Assembly: GCA_022729235.1 (NCBI GenBank)
Contig: JALDAJ010000001.1
Location: forward strand, 64,001-128,000
DNA length: 64,000 bases
Direction of reading: 5' to 3'
From: Candidatus Nanohalarchaeota archaeon
GTDB taxonomy: Archaea > Nanohalarchaeota > Nanosalinia > Nanosalinales > Nanosalinaceae
Shown here: piece after piece, positions 36,476-46,874 of the stretch
How positions within the stretch are numbered: position 1 is the first letter of the stretch
Layout: every line of letters starts with the position of its first letter
The notes under the pieces: model-generated
The model's input: only the letters and a program-made list of their open reading frames with translations
Databases searched by the model: none
Told to the model about the DNA's origin: nothing
Translations under genes and position numbers: made by a program

Positions 36476-37582
36476 TCAGTACATGTTCGCTCCTACAGGG
36501 AATCGGAAGGTTTGTGAAGCCGATATGTCGTCCGCATTCACCTGTTCAGCGTTGTCTATGCTGTTACCGTTCATATCCACATCGCTGGCAGGGTCAAGGT
36601 TACCACTGCCGTCTAAATCATTCGCTCCGCTCCAGTCGTCGATATTCCCGCTAGAGTCAAAGTCATTTGCGGAACCAAGAACAGAGCCCTCATCAACGTT
36701 CAAAGTCGTGGACTCACCGAGAGAAACAGAGCCGCCACCAGTTAAATGGCTGCCAGAACTAACTGTGATGTCATCGTTAACTAGTTCGCTACTTCCTATA
36801 CTATTGGAAGCGACCGCAACATTATCACTGCTAATCGTTAAGGCATTACCTGTATTCACATCCAGCTCCTCGTTGGTTCCATCCCAGGAGAGACCTGAAC
36901 CACCCATCGATGACTGCGCGATATTCTCAACACTACCCAAACCAACATCTGAGGCAGAAACATCCGACTCATCAATATCAAGATTACCCCAGCTCAAATC
37001 ATACGTATCCGTCTCATCCAACTCAGAAGAAGAAACCGCGTTAGAAGCAATATTACCTGTGTTAACTATACCATCACCTCCAAGATTCCCAATATTAATG
37101 ATATCGTTTTCATGCATGTTGATGTCAGCATCCTCAGTGATATGCAAGGTACCAGTCATCGAATCACCATCAATGCTAACGTAGTCACCGGAAACCTCTC
37201 CTGATACATCCCTGCAGTTGTACGTACCGTCATCATCTACACCCGCAACCACCTCTCCCGGATCACAGTCAGCAGCAAAAAAGTTCTCAATACTCTGACC
37301 ACTCATATCCAGGTCCGAAAACATCCTTAACTCGAAAACATCCGGGTCATACATCATAATCTCCTGACCTGTCGCATCCCGTAGAGTTATGCTGCCCGGG
37401 TCCGGTCGGGCGGTGATGTTAGTCAGCTCCGCGTCTGACAGGTCCTGGATGCTATAACCTTCAAAGTTCAGGTCTTCATCAGCAGGTCCTATCTCGGAGA
37501 ACGGGTGGTGCTGCATCTGTGCAGCTGCTACCCCTATCAGCGCTATCACTGTAAGTATCAAGAATACCTTTCTGGTTTTCAC
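36476..37582 (-). CDS. secreted fibre/adhesin-like protein
   Basis: Signal peptide; repeated (L/I/V)(D/N)MxxxxIxN; GDSMTGTL; Asp/Ser/Gly-rich. Confidence 0.7.
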   Translation of the reverse strand: MKTRKVFLILTVIALIGVAAAQMQHHPFSEIGPADEDLNFEGYSIQDLSDAELTNITARPDPGSITLRDATGQEIMMYDPDVFELRMFSDLDMSGQSIENFFAADCDPGEVVAGVDDDGTYNCRDVSGEVSGDYVSIDGDSMTGTLHITEDADINMHENDIINIGNLGGDGIVNTGNIASNAVSSSELDETDTYDLSWGNLDIDESDVSASDVGLGSVENIAQSSMGGSGLSWDGTNEELDVNTGNALTISSDNVAVASNSIGSSELVNDDITVSSGSHLTGGGSVSLGESTTLNVDEGSVLGSANDFDSSGNIDDWSGANDLDGSGNLDPASDVDMNGNSIDNAEQVNADDISASQTFRFPVGANMY

Positions 37583-37667
37583 GGCTTAAGCCCCTGACTT
37601 AATCCATAAGTTGTAGAGCTGGAATATAAAACCAGGTTTTTATTCTAGCGTCCGCAAATTCTGGGCA

Positions 37668-38606
37668 ATGAAGCGAGGAGTAGCTGCCATACTGTTTATC
37701 CTTGTGATGGCGTATTCCGCTCAGGCGATATCCGCTGATATCAAGGATGTAGGAGAAAGCTGCGACCCAGAGCAGGAGGCGTCACTAGTGTCGATAAACG
37801 ATACTGATGGCGGACACGTTGCAGAGCCCGGGTATTACGGACACGAGGTCTGTGTAGAAGGCGAGATAGAATACAACGTAAGGGAGAGCTGTACGGGCGG
37901 AGAGACACACGTTTTCTCTCTATTTGACAGGACTAACTCCCACCTGAGCATGTATTCAACATACAATTACGATGTGTGTTCACGGCAGACACGGGCATGG
38001 GTTGACAGCACTTGTAGCGAAAACGGTACAGCTGTCCTGTCAGTCGAATCGGATAACAATACTCACGTGGCAGAACCAAACCATGAAGATTTCTCCCAGC
38101 AGATTTGCATGTCATTTATAGAACCGGAAAACGTCACCGTGGAGCTTTCAGGTCTTTCCGGCGACGATTTCTACGTTGACGATCACGAGGAGACTGTCGA
38201 GCCGAGAGAGGAGTCCTGGAGACTTCTCGAGTACCCATACGTCGTTGCTGAAGAGAACAACCACGTCACAGGTCTTGTAAGCCAGGGTGACTTTGTCAAG
38301 CTATCCCATCCCGACGAGACCGTGATGTCCATGACTGTAAGCGAAGGAAGTATACTGGTACCTCACACAGAAGGCGGTGTAGAGAACATTGAGAGAAGGC
38401 AGGATATGGTGCTGGACAACGTGTTCCTGCGGCAGTTGAGCCCGAGCTTCGCATTCTTCATACCAGACCAGCCAACAGTGAGAGTGGTACTCCAGCCCGA
38501 TCAGGAAGTTGAGGGCTTCTCCAGCGTCCTCCGGCGCGATATCACGATCGGGGTAAGTAACGAGGGACTGCGAGACGGAGAGCTTGTGATAAATATAGAA
38601 GGTTGA
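37668..38606 (+). CDS. secreted protein with three short Cys/His repeats
   Basis: Signal peptide; C...SL....GHVAEP....VC pattern occurs three times. Confidence 0.7.
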   Translation: MKRGVAAILFILVMAYSAQAISADIKDVGESCDPEQEASLVSINDTDGGHVAEPGYYGHEVCVEGEIEYNVRESCTGGETHVFSLFDRTNSHLSMYSTYNYDVCSRQTRAWVDSTCSENGTAVLSVESDNNTHVAEPNHEDFSQQICMSFIEPENVTVELSGLSGDDFYVDDHEETVEPREESWRLLEYPYVVAEENNHVTGLVSQGDFVKLSHPDETVMSMTVSEGSILVPHTEGGVENIERRQDMVLDNVFLRQLSPSFAFFIPDQPTVRVVLQPDQEVEGFSSVLRRDITIGVSNEGLRDGELVINIEG

Positions 38607-38645
38607 AAGAAAAGCTGTTATTATTTTAGATAAGAACGCAGTACT

Positions 38646-39401
38646 ATGGAAGAATTCTCGGTTGTCATCCCAACGCTGAACGAAGAAGATAATATTGGAG
38701 AGGTTATCGACGCGATAAAAGGTATCAGCGACCCTGAGATAATAGTTATGGATGACGATTCCAGGGATAATACCAGAGATGAAGCCAGAAAGAGAGACGT
38801 CAAGGTCATCCACAGGAAGGAGAAAAGAGACCTGAGCAAGTCAGTGGTTGAGGGGTTGAAAGCCGCATCTTATGATAGAGTCGTGGTCATGGACGGCGAC
38901 GGCCAGCATCCGCCAAAGAAAGTACCTGAGATAGCTGAGAAGCTTGAAGAAGACGGACTAGTTATCGGCTGCCGTGAAGAAGTAATAGGCAACTGGGGGC
39001 TACACCGCCGATTGATGTCTCTTGGGGCAGAGCTACTGGTCAAGACGCTTTTCAAGAGCTGCAGAAGAACGAGAGACCCTTTATCAGGATTCTTCGGAAT
39101 CGATAGAGATGCTCTAGACCTAGGCAAGATGAGCCCAAGAGGTTACAAGATACTGGCAGAAATACTGGTTCTCACCGGCATCAGACCTCAAGAAGTCGCT
39201 TACAGTTTCCATCAGCGCCAGAGAGGGAGGTCATCAATCGGTATTTCTTCAATCGCAGATTTCCTTACTCACGTGCTAGAGCTAAAATATAGGCAACTAG
39301 GTAGCAGCCCTCAATACGCGTCCCTCCAGGAGTCACTGATAGATCCGGTTGACCGCCGTAGTACTTCACGGTCTCTAGCGTGTAACCCCCCTGAAACGTA
39401 G
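38646..39401 (+). CDS. GT2 polyprenol-phosphate glycosyltransferase (Dpm1-like)
   Basis: VVIPTLNEE, DDDSRD, MDGDGQHPP and DPLSGFF. Confidence 0.88.
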   Translation: MEEFSVVIPTLNEEDNIGEVIDAIKGISDPEIIVMDDDSRDNTRDEARKRDVKVIHRKEKRDLSKSVVEGLKAASYDRVVVMDGDGQHPPKKVPEIAEKLEEDGLVIGCREEVIGNWGLHRRLMSLGAELLVKTLFKSCRRTRDPLSGFFGIDRDALDLGKMSPRGYKILAEILVLTGIRPQEVAYSFHQRQRGRSSIGISSIADFLTHVLELKYRQLGSSPQYASLQESLIDPVDRRSTSRSLACNPPET

Positions 39402-40822
39402 AGTAGTCCTGCATAAAGAACTGTGAGAAACGCCCCGAGAAATGCGCTTTCTAGCGGACTAGGAGCTAAAAAGACCTTCAGACCGTAAACTACTCCCGAG
39501 GACAGCATTATAGCCGGAATTGCTTTCAGGTATTTACGGTTATACGGCAAACCACCGACCTCTCTCCTGGCAAATATCAGGAGTAAAGTATCGCCCAGGA
39601 AAAAGCCTATCGTGGTAGATATAGCTGCCCCCATTATACCGTAAACCGGTATCAGAAGGAGATTAAGCAGAACCGTGAACGTTGTTATAACCCCTATACC
39701 TAACATCTGTAGACGTGTTTTACCTGTCGAAAGAAGTATCATGCCTGCCGGTCCCTTGACAGCGTTGTAGAAAAAACCTATCGAAAGGACTGCCAGAGCG
39801 ACAGACCCTTCAACGTACGAAGACCCGAAAAGCAAGTGTATTATCTCTTCAGGGAAAATCAGCATCCCTGCCAGGAGCGGGAGTGTTAATGTAAATATCC
39901 AGCGAGTGGAAGTGCTATATACCTCCAGAATTCCGGACATATCCCTTTTTCCGTATAGCTCAGACACCACCGGCATGAACATGTAGCTCAGGGAGCTCAG
40001 CATGAAACCCATTATGCCCGCGATCGCATATGAGACATCGTAAATACCTGCCTGCGATGAGTCTATGAGCCACCCTAACATCAGGACGTCCACCCACCTG
40101 TTAACGATGAGCAGTATCGAGATCACGAACAGCGGCCAGGAGAAAGATATCAGACGCCTCACCGGAAAATCCGGATTAGAGAAAAGTCTGCCCTCAGACA
40201 CTTTCCTGCAGAAGTAGTACCCTGCAACCACTGCTATTGATGTCGCAATTATATACGCGTAGACCGCGCCCGTTACCCCGTAACCTGCCGATATGAAACT
40301 CGCTACTAACAGAAGTACCCCTCCTGACCATATAAAATCATCCATGTATATTTTGTGCTTGGCATCCTGCATACCTCTCAAGAGCGATTTGGCGAGTTTA
40401 AACAAAACCAGAGGAGTTATAGCAAGAGAAAACAATTTCAAAGGTTCTTCAAGAGCCGGTTCATCGAAAACCGAGACAGAGATCCATCCTGACAGGTAGA
40501 AGATGATCGCTGAGACCAGCAGTGATGAGGGAATGATAAGATACAGAGAGGTAGAAACTATACTGCCTGTAAGCTGTTCATCCTCACTGCCCGTGTAGAA
40601 AGACATGAAACGCGGTATGCTCATTGACAGACCAAGCAGAGATATCATGGCAGCAGCCTGGGCTATACCCATTCCTTGGACAAAAACACCGTAAGCCTCG
40701 GGACCGAGAAAACGTGCGAGAATGACCTTGACCAGATAGTAGAAAAAAGCCCCTACAAAAAAACCGGTTATGACTATAGCAGACCCAATACCCACCTTTG
40801 TGAGAGCTTCCTCTCCATCCAT
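39311..40822 (-). CDS. Wzx/MOP-family flippase
   Basis: ARFLGPEAYG, DVLMLG...AGIY and LLIPVYGIMGAA; many TM segments. Confidence 0.9.
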   Translation of the reverse strand: MDGEEALTKVGIGSAIVITGFFVGAFFYYLVKVILARFLGPEAYGVFVQGMGIAQAAAMISLLGLSMSIPRFMSFYTGSEDEQLTGSIVSTSLYLIIPSSLLVSAIIFYLSGWISVSVFDEPALEEPLKLFSLAITPLVLFKLAKSLLRGMQDAKHKIYMDDFIWSGGVLLLVASFISAGYGVTGAVYAYIIATSIAVVAGYYFCRKVSEGRLFSNPDFPVRRLISFSWPLFVISILLIVNRWVDVLMLGWLIDSSQAGIYDVSYAIAGIMGFMLSSLSYMFMPVVSELYGKRDMSGILEVYSTSTRWIFTLTLPLLAGMLIFPEEIIHLLFGSSYVEGSVALAVLSIGFFYNAVKGPAGMILLSTGKTRLQMLGIGVITTFTVLLNLLLIPVYGIMGAAISTTIGFFLGDTLLLIFARREVGGLPYNRKYLKAIPAIMLSSGVVYGLKVFLAPSPLESAFLGAFLTVLYAGLLYVSGGLHARDREVLRRSTGSISDSWRDAY

Positions 40823-40913
40823 ACCAGAAAGTGTCGCACACCAATTTAAAACGGTATTCAACAGAGGTATAGGTACATACTATGGCTCAGAAAACCTTGC
40901 TCAGGAAGACAGT

Positions 40914-41612
40914 TCATCCTACCTTACGTAACCTCTGAAACATATCCTCCGTCAGGAGAAAGGTAAGTAGAACAATATTATCGAGTAAGTCCCCAAGAGA
41001 ATACTTTGAATTCCCGGACCTCCTTGGTAGGAACTCTATCGGAACCCCTACTACATCACAGTCCAGACTCATAAGAGATGCAGGAAGGAAGTGAAAGCCA
41101 TCCGGAAGATCATTTTCAAGTAATTTCAGAGCAACCTCCCTCTTATATGCTCTAAAACCACTTGTAATATCCTGGACTGGAGAACCAAGAAGATGAACGT
41201 ACAGATACACTCCTACAAGAGCCTGTACTCTCCTGTATAATGGATCTTTCCTTTTTCCATTATCAACGTATCTAGATCCTATTGCTATATCATGACCTTC
41301 ATTTATTGCATCAACAAGTTCCGGTATCTTTTCTACAGGATGAGAAAAATCAGCATCTAAATGAACTATGATCTCGCCTTTTGCAGCCGAGAAACCTTCC
41401 TTGTAAGCCGAACCTATACCTTTCCTGCTCTGTCTTTCGATCACCTTCAGGCTGTCCAGTCCCGTACTCCTTGCCTCTTCAACTGTTCTATCCTCAGAGT
41501 CGTCATCGATAACCAGTGCTTCGTACTCCTCCTCGATTATAGAGTCTATACGCTCAAGAAGCGGAGCAATGTTTCCCGCCTCATTATAGGTAGGGATAAT
41601 TACAGAAATCAT
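40914..41612 (-). CDS. GT2 polyprenol-phosphate glycosyltransferase (Dpm1-like)
   Basis: IIPTYNE, DDDSED, LDADFSHP, GSRY and DITSGFRAY. Confidence 0.9.
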   Translation of the reverse strand: MISVIIPTYNEAGNIAPLLERIDSIIEEEYEALVIDDDSEDRTVEEARSTGLDSLKVIERQSRKGIGSAYKEGFSAAKGEIIVHLDADFSHPVEKIPELVDAINEGHDIAIGSRYVDNGKRKDPLYRRVQALVGVYLYVHLLGSPVQDITSGFRAYKREVALKLLENDLPDGFHFLPASLMSLDCDVVGVPIEFLPRRSGNSKYSLGDLLDNIVLLTFLLTEDMFQRLRKVG

Positions 41613-41696
41613 TCTTCTGCTCTATAAAGTGAAACTCAAAGATATTATTAAAACATGCGGAAAAGCAAAAAAGAGTACCCCTTAAAGTATAGATAG

Positions 41697-42662
41697 ATGC
41701 CTAAGACAGCGCTCATAACAGGGATCACTGGTCAGGACGGTTCTTACCTCGCCGAACTTCTGCTTGAGAAGAACTACGAAGTTTACGGGATGCTCAGAAG
41801 AACTTCCTCTCCTACTGATTGGAGGATAAAACACATCTCGGATGAGATAAACTTCGTGAACGGGAACCTCCGAGACCAGTACAGCCTTATCAGAACGCTG
41901 AAGGAGTCTGAACCAGACGAGATATACAATTTAGCGGCGCAGAGTGACGTGAGCGTTTCATGGGACATACCTCTGCAGACAGCGCAAATTACAGGAATGG
42001 GAACACTTAGAATTCTGGAGGCTTACAGAGAATTCGCTCCGGGTGCGAAGTTCTATCAGGCTTCCTCGAGCGAGATGTTCGGCAATATTGGCGAGGAGAC
42101 TAGAAACGAGAATACGAAGTTCAGACCACGGAGCCCTTACGCCTTCTCAAAGGTATTCGCTCACAACGCCGCGGTGAATTACCGTGAAAGCTTCGAACTG
42201 GATATCTCATGCGGTATTATGTTTAACCATGAATCGCCGAGGCGAGGAAAGGACTTTGTTACCCGAAAAGTGACTGACGCAGTTGCCCAGATACATCTCG
42301 GAAAGAAAGAGAAACTGACGCTCGGGAACATGGAGCCGGAGCGGGACTGGGGCTACGCACCGGACTACGTCAAGTCCATGTGGAGGATGCTCCAGCAGGA
42401 AAAAATGGATGACTACGTGATCTCAACCGGGGAAACTCACTCTGTCAGGGAGTTGGTCGAAACCGCTTTCTCTGTAGTAGGTATCGATAACTGGAAAGAG
42501 TATGTGGAGCAGGACCCGAAATACATGAGACCTGCCGATATCCAGAAACTGAAGGGAGACTACTCGAAGGCAAAAGAAGAACTAGACTGGGAGCCAGAGA
42601 CAGAATTCGAGGAGATGATAGAAGAGATGGTCAAAAAAGATATAGATCGACATAAAAGCTGA
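41697..42662 (+). CDS. gmd: GDP-mannose 4,6-dehydratase
   Basis: ITGITGQDGSYL, YQASSSEMFG, PRSPYAFSK, FNHESPRRG and RDWG. Confidence 0.95.
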   Translation: MPKTALITGITGQDGSYLAELLLEKNYEVYGMLRRTSSPTDWRIKHISDEINFVNGNLRDQYSLIRTLKESEPDEIYNLAAQSDVSVSWDIPLQTAQITGMGTLRILEAYREFAPGAKFYQASSSEMFGNIGEETRNENTKFRPRSPYAFSKVFAHNAAVNYRESFELDISCGIMFNHESPRRGKDFVTRKVTDAVAQIHLGKKEKLTLGNMEPERDWGYAPDYVKSMWRMLQQEKMDDYVISTGETHSVRELVETAFSVVGIDNWKEYVEQDPKYMRPADIQKLKGDYSKAKEELDWEPETEFEEMIEEMVKKDIDRHKS

Positions 42663-42733
42663 ATTTAGAAAGATTCTTTCCTCAATATTTTAACAGACCC
42701 TATTGTTTTTACTGTAGAGACCAATCCATCTAC

Positions 42734-44113
42734 ATGGAAGCCAACCGCAAATCTCTATACCTAGCTATCTTTCTCCTCGCAATTCTTTCTGGCGTCTTAG
42801 CTTCCGGTCTAGACCTTCATTCTGCAACATTGGAAAAAGGTGAAAATCTAGTTGAGAGATCTATTTTTTCAGTCTCGAGCCAAGAGGCAGAGACACCGGT
42901 TTTCCTAGTAACTATTGAGACACTGAGAGCTGACCATTTAGGACCGTGCTACGGCTATGAACGGGAAACCGCACCGAACATGTGCGAATTCGCGGAAGAC
43001 AGTATCAAGTTCAAAAACGCATACGCACCCGCATCCAATACGCACTCCACTATTCCCGCAATGTTTACCTCTACCCCTCCGAATGCGTTCGGAATAAATT
43101 TTGATGAAACTGTTGATCAGAAAGCCCCGGTGATGACCGAAACACTCAGGGAAGAAGGATACTATACTTCAGCGTATTCAGACACCCCAGAACTAAATGA
43201 AGAACACGGATTTCTACAAGGGTTTCAAGAGGTTCAAGAGACCAGTTACGCAGAAGACAAGAGCATGATCTTTAGACTTAGAGATATAGAAGAGAATCAT
43301 TTCTCTTTCATATTTTTCAGACACCAAGCGCACGCGCCATACGAACCTGAACCGGATTACGTGAAATGGGGAGACCCTCCCGAACAAGGAGTAGAGATAG
43401 ATCCCTTTGAAGACACCATCGAAACCCCGAACGCCACTCTTCAAGACGCTATCGATGCTTATGACGCCGAGATACGTCAAGCCGATTCACGCGTGGGGAA
43501 AGTGCTGACACATCTGAAAGAAGAGTCGCTATATGAAGAGTCACTGATAATCATCACTTCAGACCATGGAGAGGGGTTCATGGAGCGCGGTGAACTGAGT
43601 CACTCCACAACCCCCTACGAGGAACAAATCCGTGTTCCTCTGTTTGTAAAACCTCCTAACAACAAACATAGTGGAAAAGTAGTTGAAGACCCTGTAAGCC
43701 TCATAGATATCCCTCCAACTATCTATGGGATAACAGATACGGAACCCGAATCAGAGCAATACGGTGAATCTCTTCTTCCCGTAGAGAGGAAGTCTGAAGG
43801 TTTGGTTTACGCCACAGACCCTACCCACAGTGAATGGTCTATACGCAATAACTCGATGAAATACATGCTCCTGAATACAGGGAGGTACTGCACCCAGGAA
43901 AACGTCAACCCCCGGGAACGAATGTACGATTTGAAATACGACCCAAGCGAGACAGAGAACATGATTTACGAACATCCGGAGAAAGCCGGGAAGTTAAGAG
44001 AGGGTCTATGCAAGATATATCTGGATGGTAGAGACCTAGCGGCTCAGCCTGACGAAGCAGAACTGACGAACGAAATGGAAGAAAAACTACGTGAGCTAGG
44101 ATATATCGAATAA
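42734..44113 (+). CDS. secreted sulfatase-like protein (alkaline phosphatase superfamily)
   Basis: TLRADHL, HAPY, YDAEI, TSDHGE, RVPL and LRELGY; lacks a canonical C/S-x-P-x-R motif. Confidence 0.85.
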   Translation: MEANRKSLYLAIFLLAILSGVLASGLDLHSATLEKGENLVERSIFSVSSQEAETPVFLVTIETLRADHLGPCYGYERETAPNMCEFAEDSIKFKNAYAPASNTHSTIPAMFTSTPPNAFGINFDETVDQKAPVMTETLREEGYYTSAYSDTPELNEEHGFLQGFQEVQETSYAEDKSMIFRLRDIEENHFSFIFFRHQAHAPYEPEPDYVKWGDPPEQGVEIDPFEDTIETPNATLQDAIDAYDAEIRQADSRVGKVLTHLKEESLYEESLIIITSDHGEGFMERGELSHSTTPYEEQIRVPLFVKPPNNKHSGKVVEDPVSLIDIPPTIYGITDTEPESEQYGESLLPVERKSEGLVYATDPTHSEWSIRNNSMKYMLLNTGRYCTQENVNPRERMYDLKYDPSETENMIYEHPEKAGKLREGLCKIYLDGRDLAAQPDEAELTNEMEEKLRELGYIE

Positions 44114-44259
44114 TCTGTTACATAAACAAGAAGTAACGGAGAACGATATTTACCCTGTGATACACTATTCCCCTCCTTTCTGATAGTAACATCTAGGACA
44201 TCTCAAGTCCGTATTCGAACCCTGTAAAATAAAAAAATAAGAATTAAACACAAGCAAGC

Positions 44260-45621
44260 ATGGAGAAGCTGTTTTTATTCGCTGTTCTAGTATTGTCTAT
44301 CGCTACAGGGCTTACAATTGGTAATTCCTCCTCTGTCAATGATTTAATCTCTACAACTTTGGAAGAGATCAACAAAATGGATAAGGCGCCTATTATAGAC
44401 TGTCAGGGACAATATTTTACCTGCAATGAAGGAGCAATCGAAGAGCGTCCAGAATCCTGTAATCCATGGAGTCATTGGGAACCCGAAAGCAAACTGGAAT
44501 GTAATTATACATCAGAAAGTATTGAATCAATTTCGCTAGTTACAGACCCTGGGAACTATGTTAATATTCCTAAAAAAGATGATTCCTATAGAGTTAACAA
44601 ACCGATATCAGATACAGGAAGATCTCCGTGGGATATAGAATTTCTTCCCTCCGGTAAACCTATTTGGACTACGATTAGCGGAGAGCTGAGAAAATATCAG
44701 AACAATACCAAGGTAGCAGAACTGGAGGTAGTCCAAGTGACCAATACAGGTCTCCTAGGTCTAGCTATCGATCCTGACTATAGTGAAAACAATCTTGTTT
44801 ACATGTATTATACCTTTGAAGAGACCGCTAAAACAAATGACACGGAAGAACCTGTTTACTTGAATAGGATTTCAAGGTTCAAGTATGACGAAGGTCTAGA
44901 GAATGAAAAGGTTTTAGTGGATGAGATACCAGGAGGTAAACACCATTCCGGTGGGCGTCTGGACTTTGGTCCGGACGGAAAACTTTATGCGACCACAGGA
45001 GACGCAAATATACCTCATAAAGCCCAAAATCGCTCCTCCTTGGCTGGCAAAGTTCTGAGAATAAATACTAATGGAACTGTTCCTGATGATAACCCGTTTG
45101 AAGACAGTTATATATACTCACATGGACACCGGAATCCGCAAGGTCTAGACTGGCATCCTGATACAGAAGAGATGTTCATATCAGAACACGGAGAATACAA
45201 ACACGATGAAATTAACCGTATAAAACCTGGCGAGAACTATGGTTGGCCTGGTTATGAATGTGACAAAGAAAGAGAACCTCTAGAGCACCTGATCAGTAAA
45301 TATAGAGAATTATCGGAAAATTTTCAGGGTAATACTCTTCCCGTATACTGCTTCAAGGACTGGACTATAGCTCCTTCAGGAGCCACTTTTGTTGATGATT
45401 CCGATCATCCCTGGCATGGCGACATGTTCGTCGCGGGTCTAAGGGGCAAACAGATTTTCCGGCTTCAGTTCGATGATGGCGAACCCTCTACAGCAGAAGT
45501 TTTCTACGTTTCGAAAGACGAGCCTGAGATCAGTCTGAGACTCAGAGAAGTAGAATATCATGACGGCGCCTTATACGCGATCGGAGACCTTAAAGGATCA
45601 GTCAAGATTAAACCGGAGTAG
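44260..45621 (+). CDS. PQQ-dependent soluble aldose/glucose dehydrogenase family
   Basis: GLLGLAIDP, HSGGRLDFGPDG, GHRNPQG, DEIN and NYGWP. Confidence 0.88.
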   Translation: MEKLFLFAVLVLSIATGLTIGNSSSVNDLISTTLEEINKMDKAPIIDCQGQYFTCNEGAIEERPESCNPWSHWEPESKLECNYTSESIESISLVTDPGNYVNIPKKDDSYRVNKPISDTGRSPWDIEFLPSGKPIWTTISGELRKYQNNTKVAELEVVQVTNTGLLGLAIDPDYSENNLVYMYYTFEETAKTNDTEEPVYLNRISRFKYDEGLENEKVLVDEIPGGKHHSGGRLDFGPDGKLYATTGDANIPHKAQNRSSLAGKVLRINTNGTVPDDNPFEDSYIYSHGHRNPQGLDWHPDTEEMFISEHGEYKHDEINRIKPGENYGWPGYECDKEREPLEHLISKYRELSENFQGNTLPVYCFKDWTIAPSGATFVDDSDHPWHGDMFVAGLRGKQIFRLQFDDGEPSTAEVFYVSKDEPEISLRLREVEYHDGALYAIGDLKGSVKIKPE

Positions 45622-45686
45622 CGATCTCAACTTAACCAGAAAATCATGAAGATTTTGAAACTATTCTTCCAAAGAAAGCTTATCAG

Positions 45687-46832
45687 ATGAAATTAGCAAT
45701 AGTTTCCACGTTTCCGCCAGAAGATGAGAGACATCCTGTAGGCAGTTATGGCGCATCTAGTTATACGAAAAATCTTGTTGATAATCTTTCTCAGAAAGCG
45801 GATGATTTAGAAGTGTTCTCGAACTGTGAATCTTACAGCACAGAAAATTATGACGTTATAGAAGCCTGGAACAAGGGGGTTCTGTATCCGTTGACTGTCC
45901 TAATATCTCTTAGAAAAAAAGAAGAAGTTGATACAGTTCATATCCAGCATGAGATGTTCCTCTACGGCGGAATACTGTCTGCTCTAGTTTTCCCGATTCT
46001 ACCTTTCTTATTGAAAGCTCAGGGCAAAAAAGTTGTTATAACACTGCATACAGTTCCTCAGAACATCGATGCAGGCTTCTGTGAAATCCACAGTCTTCCA
46101 AAACTGACCTCTATATGGAAAATCGGAGCAAAACTATATTTCAGGGTTATTTCCTTTACCTGCCACAAGATGATTGTACACGAAGAAATATTCAGGAAAA
46201 CCCTTTCCCACAACTACAACCTGAAGGAAGAGAAAATCGAGGTCATATCTCATGGTGTCGAGGAAAAGGAAAACACTGACAAAACGGAGAAAGAGAAGAA
46301 CACGATACTTTTCTTCGGATTTGTAGCGCCCTACAAAGGTGTAGAGAAACTGATTGACATAGAGGATGAGCTAAATTTCAGACACGAGACAGTTATTGCA
46401 GGAGGGAAACATCCTAGAACAGAGAAAGACGATATCTACGATATATACTATCAGAAGATCAAGGAAAGAGCATCAGAGTTCCCGGACATAGAAACCACTG
46501 GCTGGGTAGAGGAGGACGATATGCCCTACTATTTCAGAAAGGCAGATGTTCTCGTCCTGCCGTATAAAGATGTCTTCTCCGCTTCAGGACCTCTTCATCT
46601 AGCTCTTGCATACAGGACACACATCCTCGCCTCCCGACACTTCGACTGCAGTCTACCTCAGGAGCTAGTTTTCAAAGACAACGCGGAACTAATAGAGAAA
46701 CTGAATCGATTATTCGATAATCAGAAATCAGAAGAAATATTTAATCAGTATCTGGAACCTATAAGAGAAAAGCGGTTATGGTCAAAAGTCTCAGAGGAAA
46801 CTTACCATCTCTATGAAGAGTTACACAGTTAG
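45687..46832 (+). CDS. GT4 family glycosyltransferase
   Basis: HIQHE, FFGFVAPYKG and ADVLVLPY...SASG. Confidence 0.85.
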   Translation: MKLAIVSTFPPEDERHPVGSYGASSYTKNLVDNLSQKADDLEVFSNCESYSTENYDVIEAWNKGVLYPLTVLISLRKKEEVDTVHIQHEMFLYGGILSALVFPILPFLLKAQGKKVVITLHTVPQNIDAGFCEIHSLPKLTSIWKIGAKLYFRVISFTCHKMIVHEEIFRKTLSHNYNLKEEKIEVISHGVEEKENTDKTEKEKNTILFFGFVAPYKGVEKLIDIEDELNFRHETVIAGGKHPRTEKDDIYDIYYQKIKERASEFPDIETTGWVEEDDMPYYFRKADVLVLPYKDVFSASGPLHLALAYRTHILASRHFDCSLPQELVFKDNAELIEKLNRLFDNQKSEEIFNQYLEPIREKRLWSKVSEETYHLYEELHS

Positions 46833-46874
46833 ACTGCGAAGAGAATTTAACTTCGTCCTTCATAATCGACTTAC

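Noticed and set aside
36483-37184. 233-aa antisense ORF
   Set aside because: It mirrors the Asp/Ser-rich fibre gene and has no independent coding signal.
39311-39401. 91-nt convergent overlap of GT2 and flippase
   Set aside because: Most simply a stop-codon drift in a compact genome; the tail has no motif.
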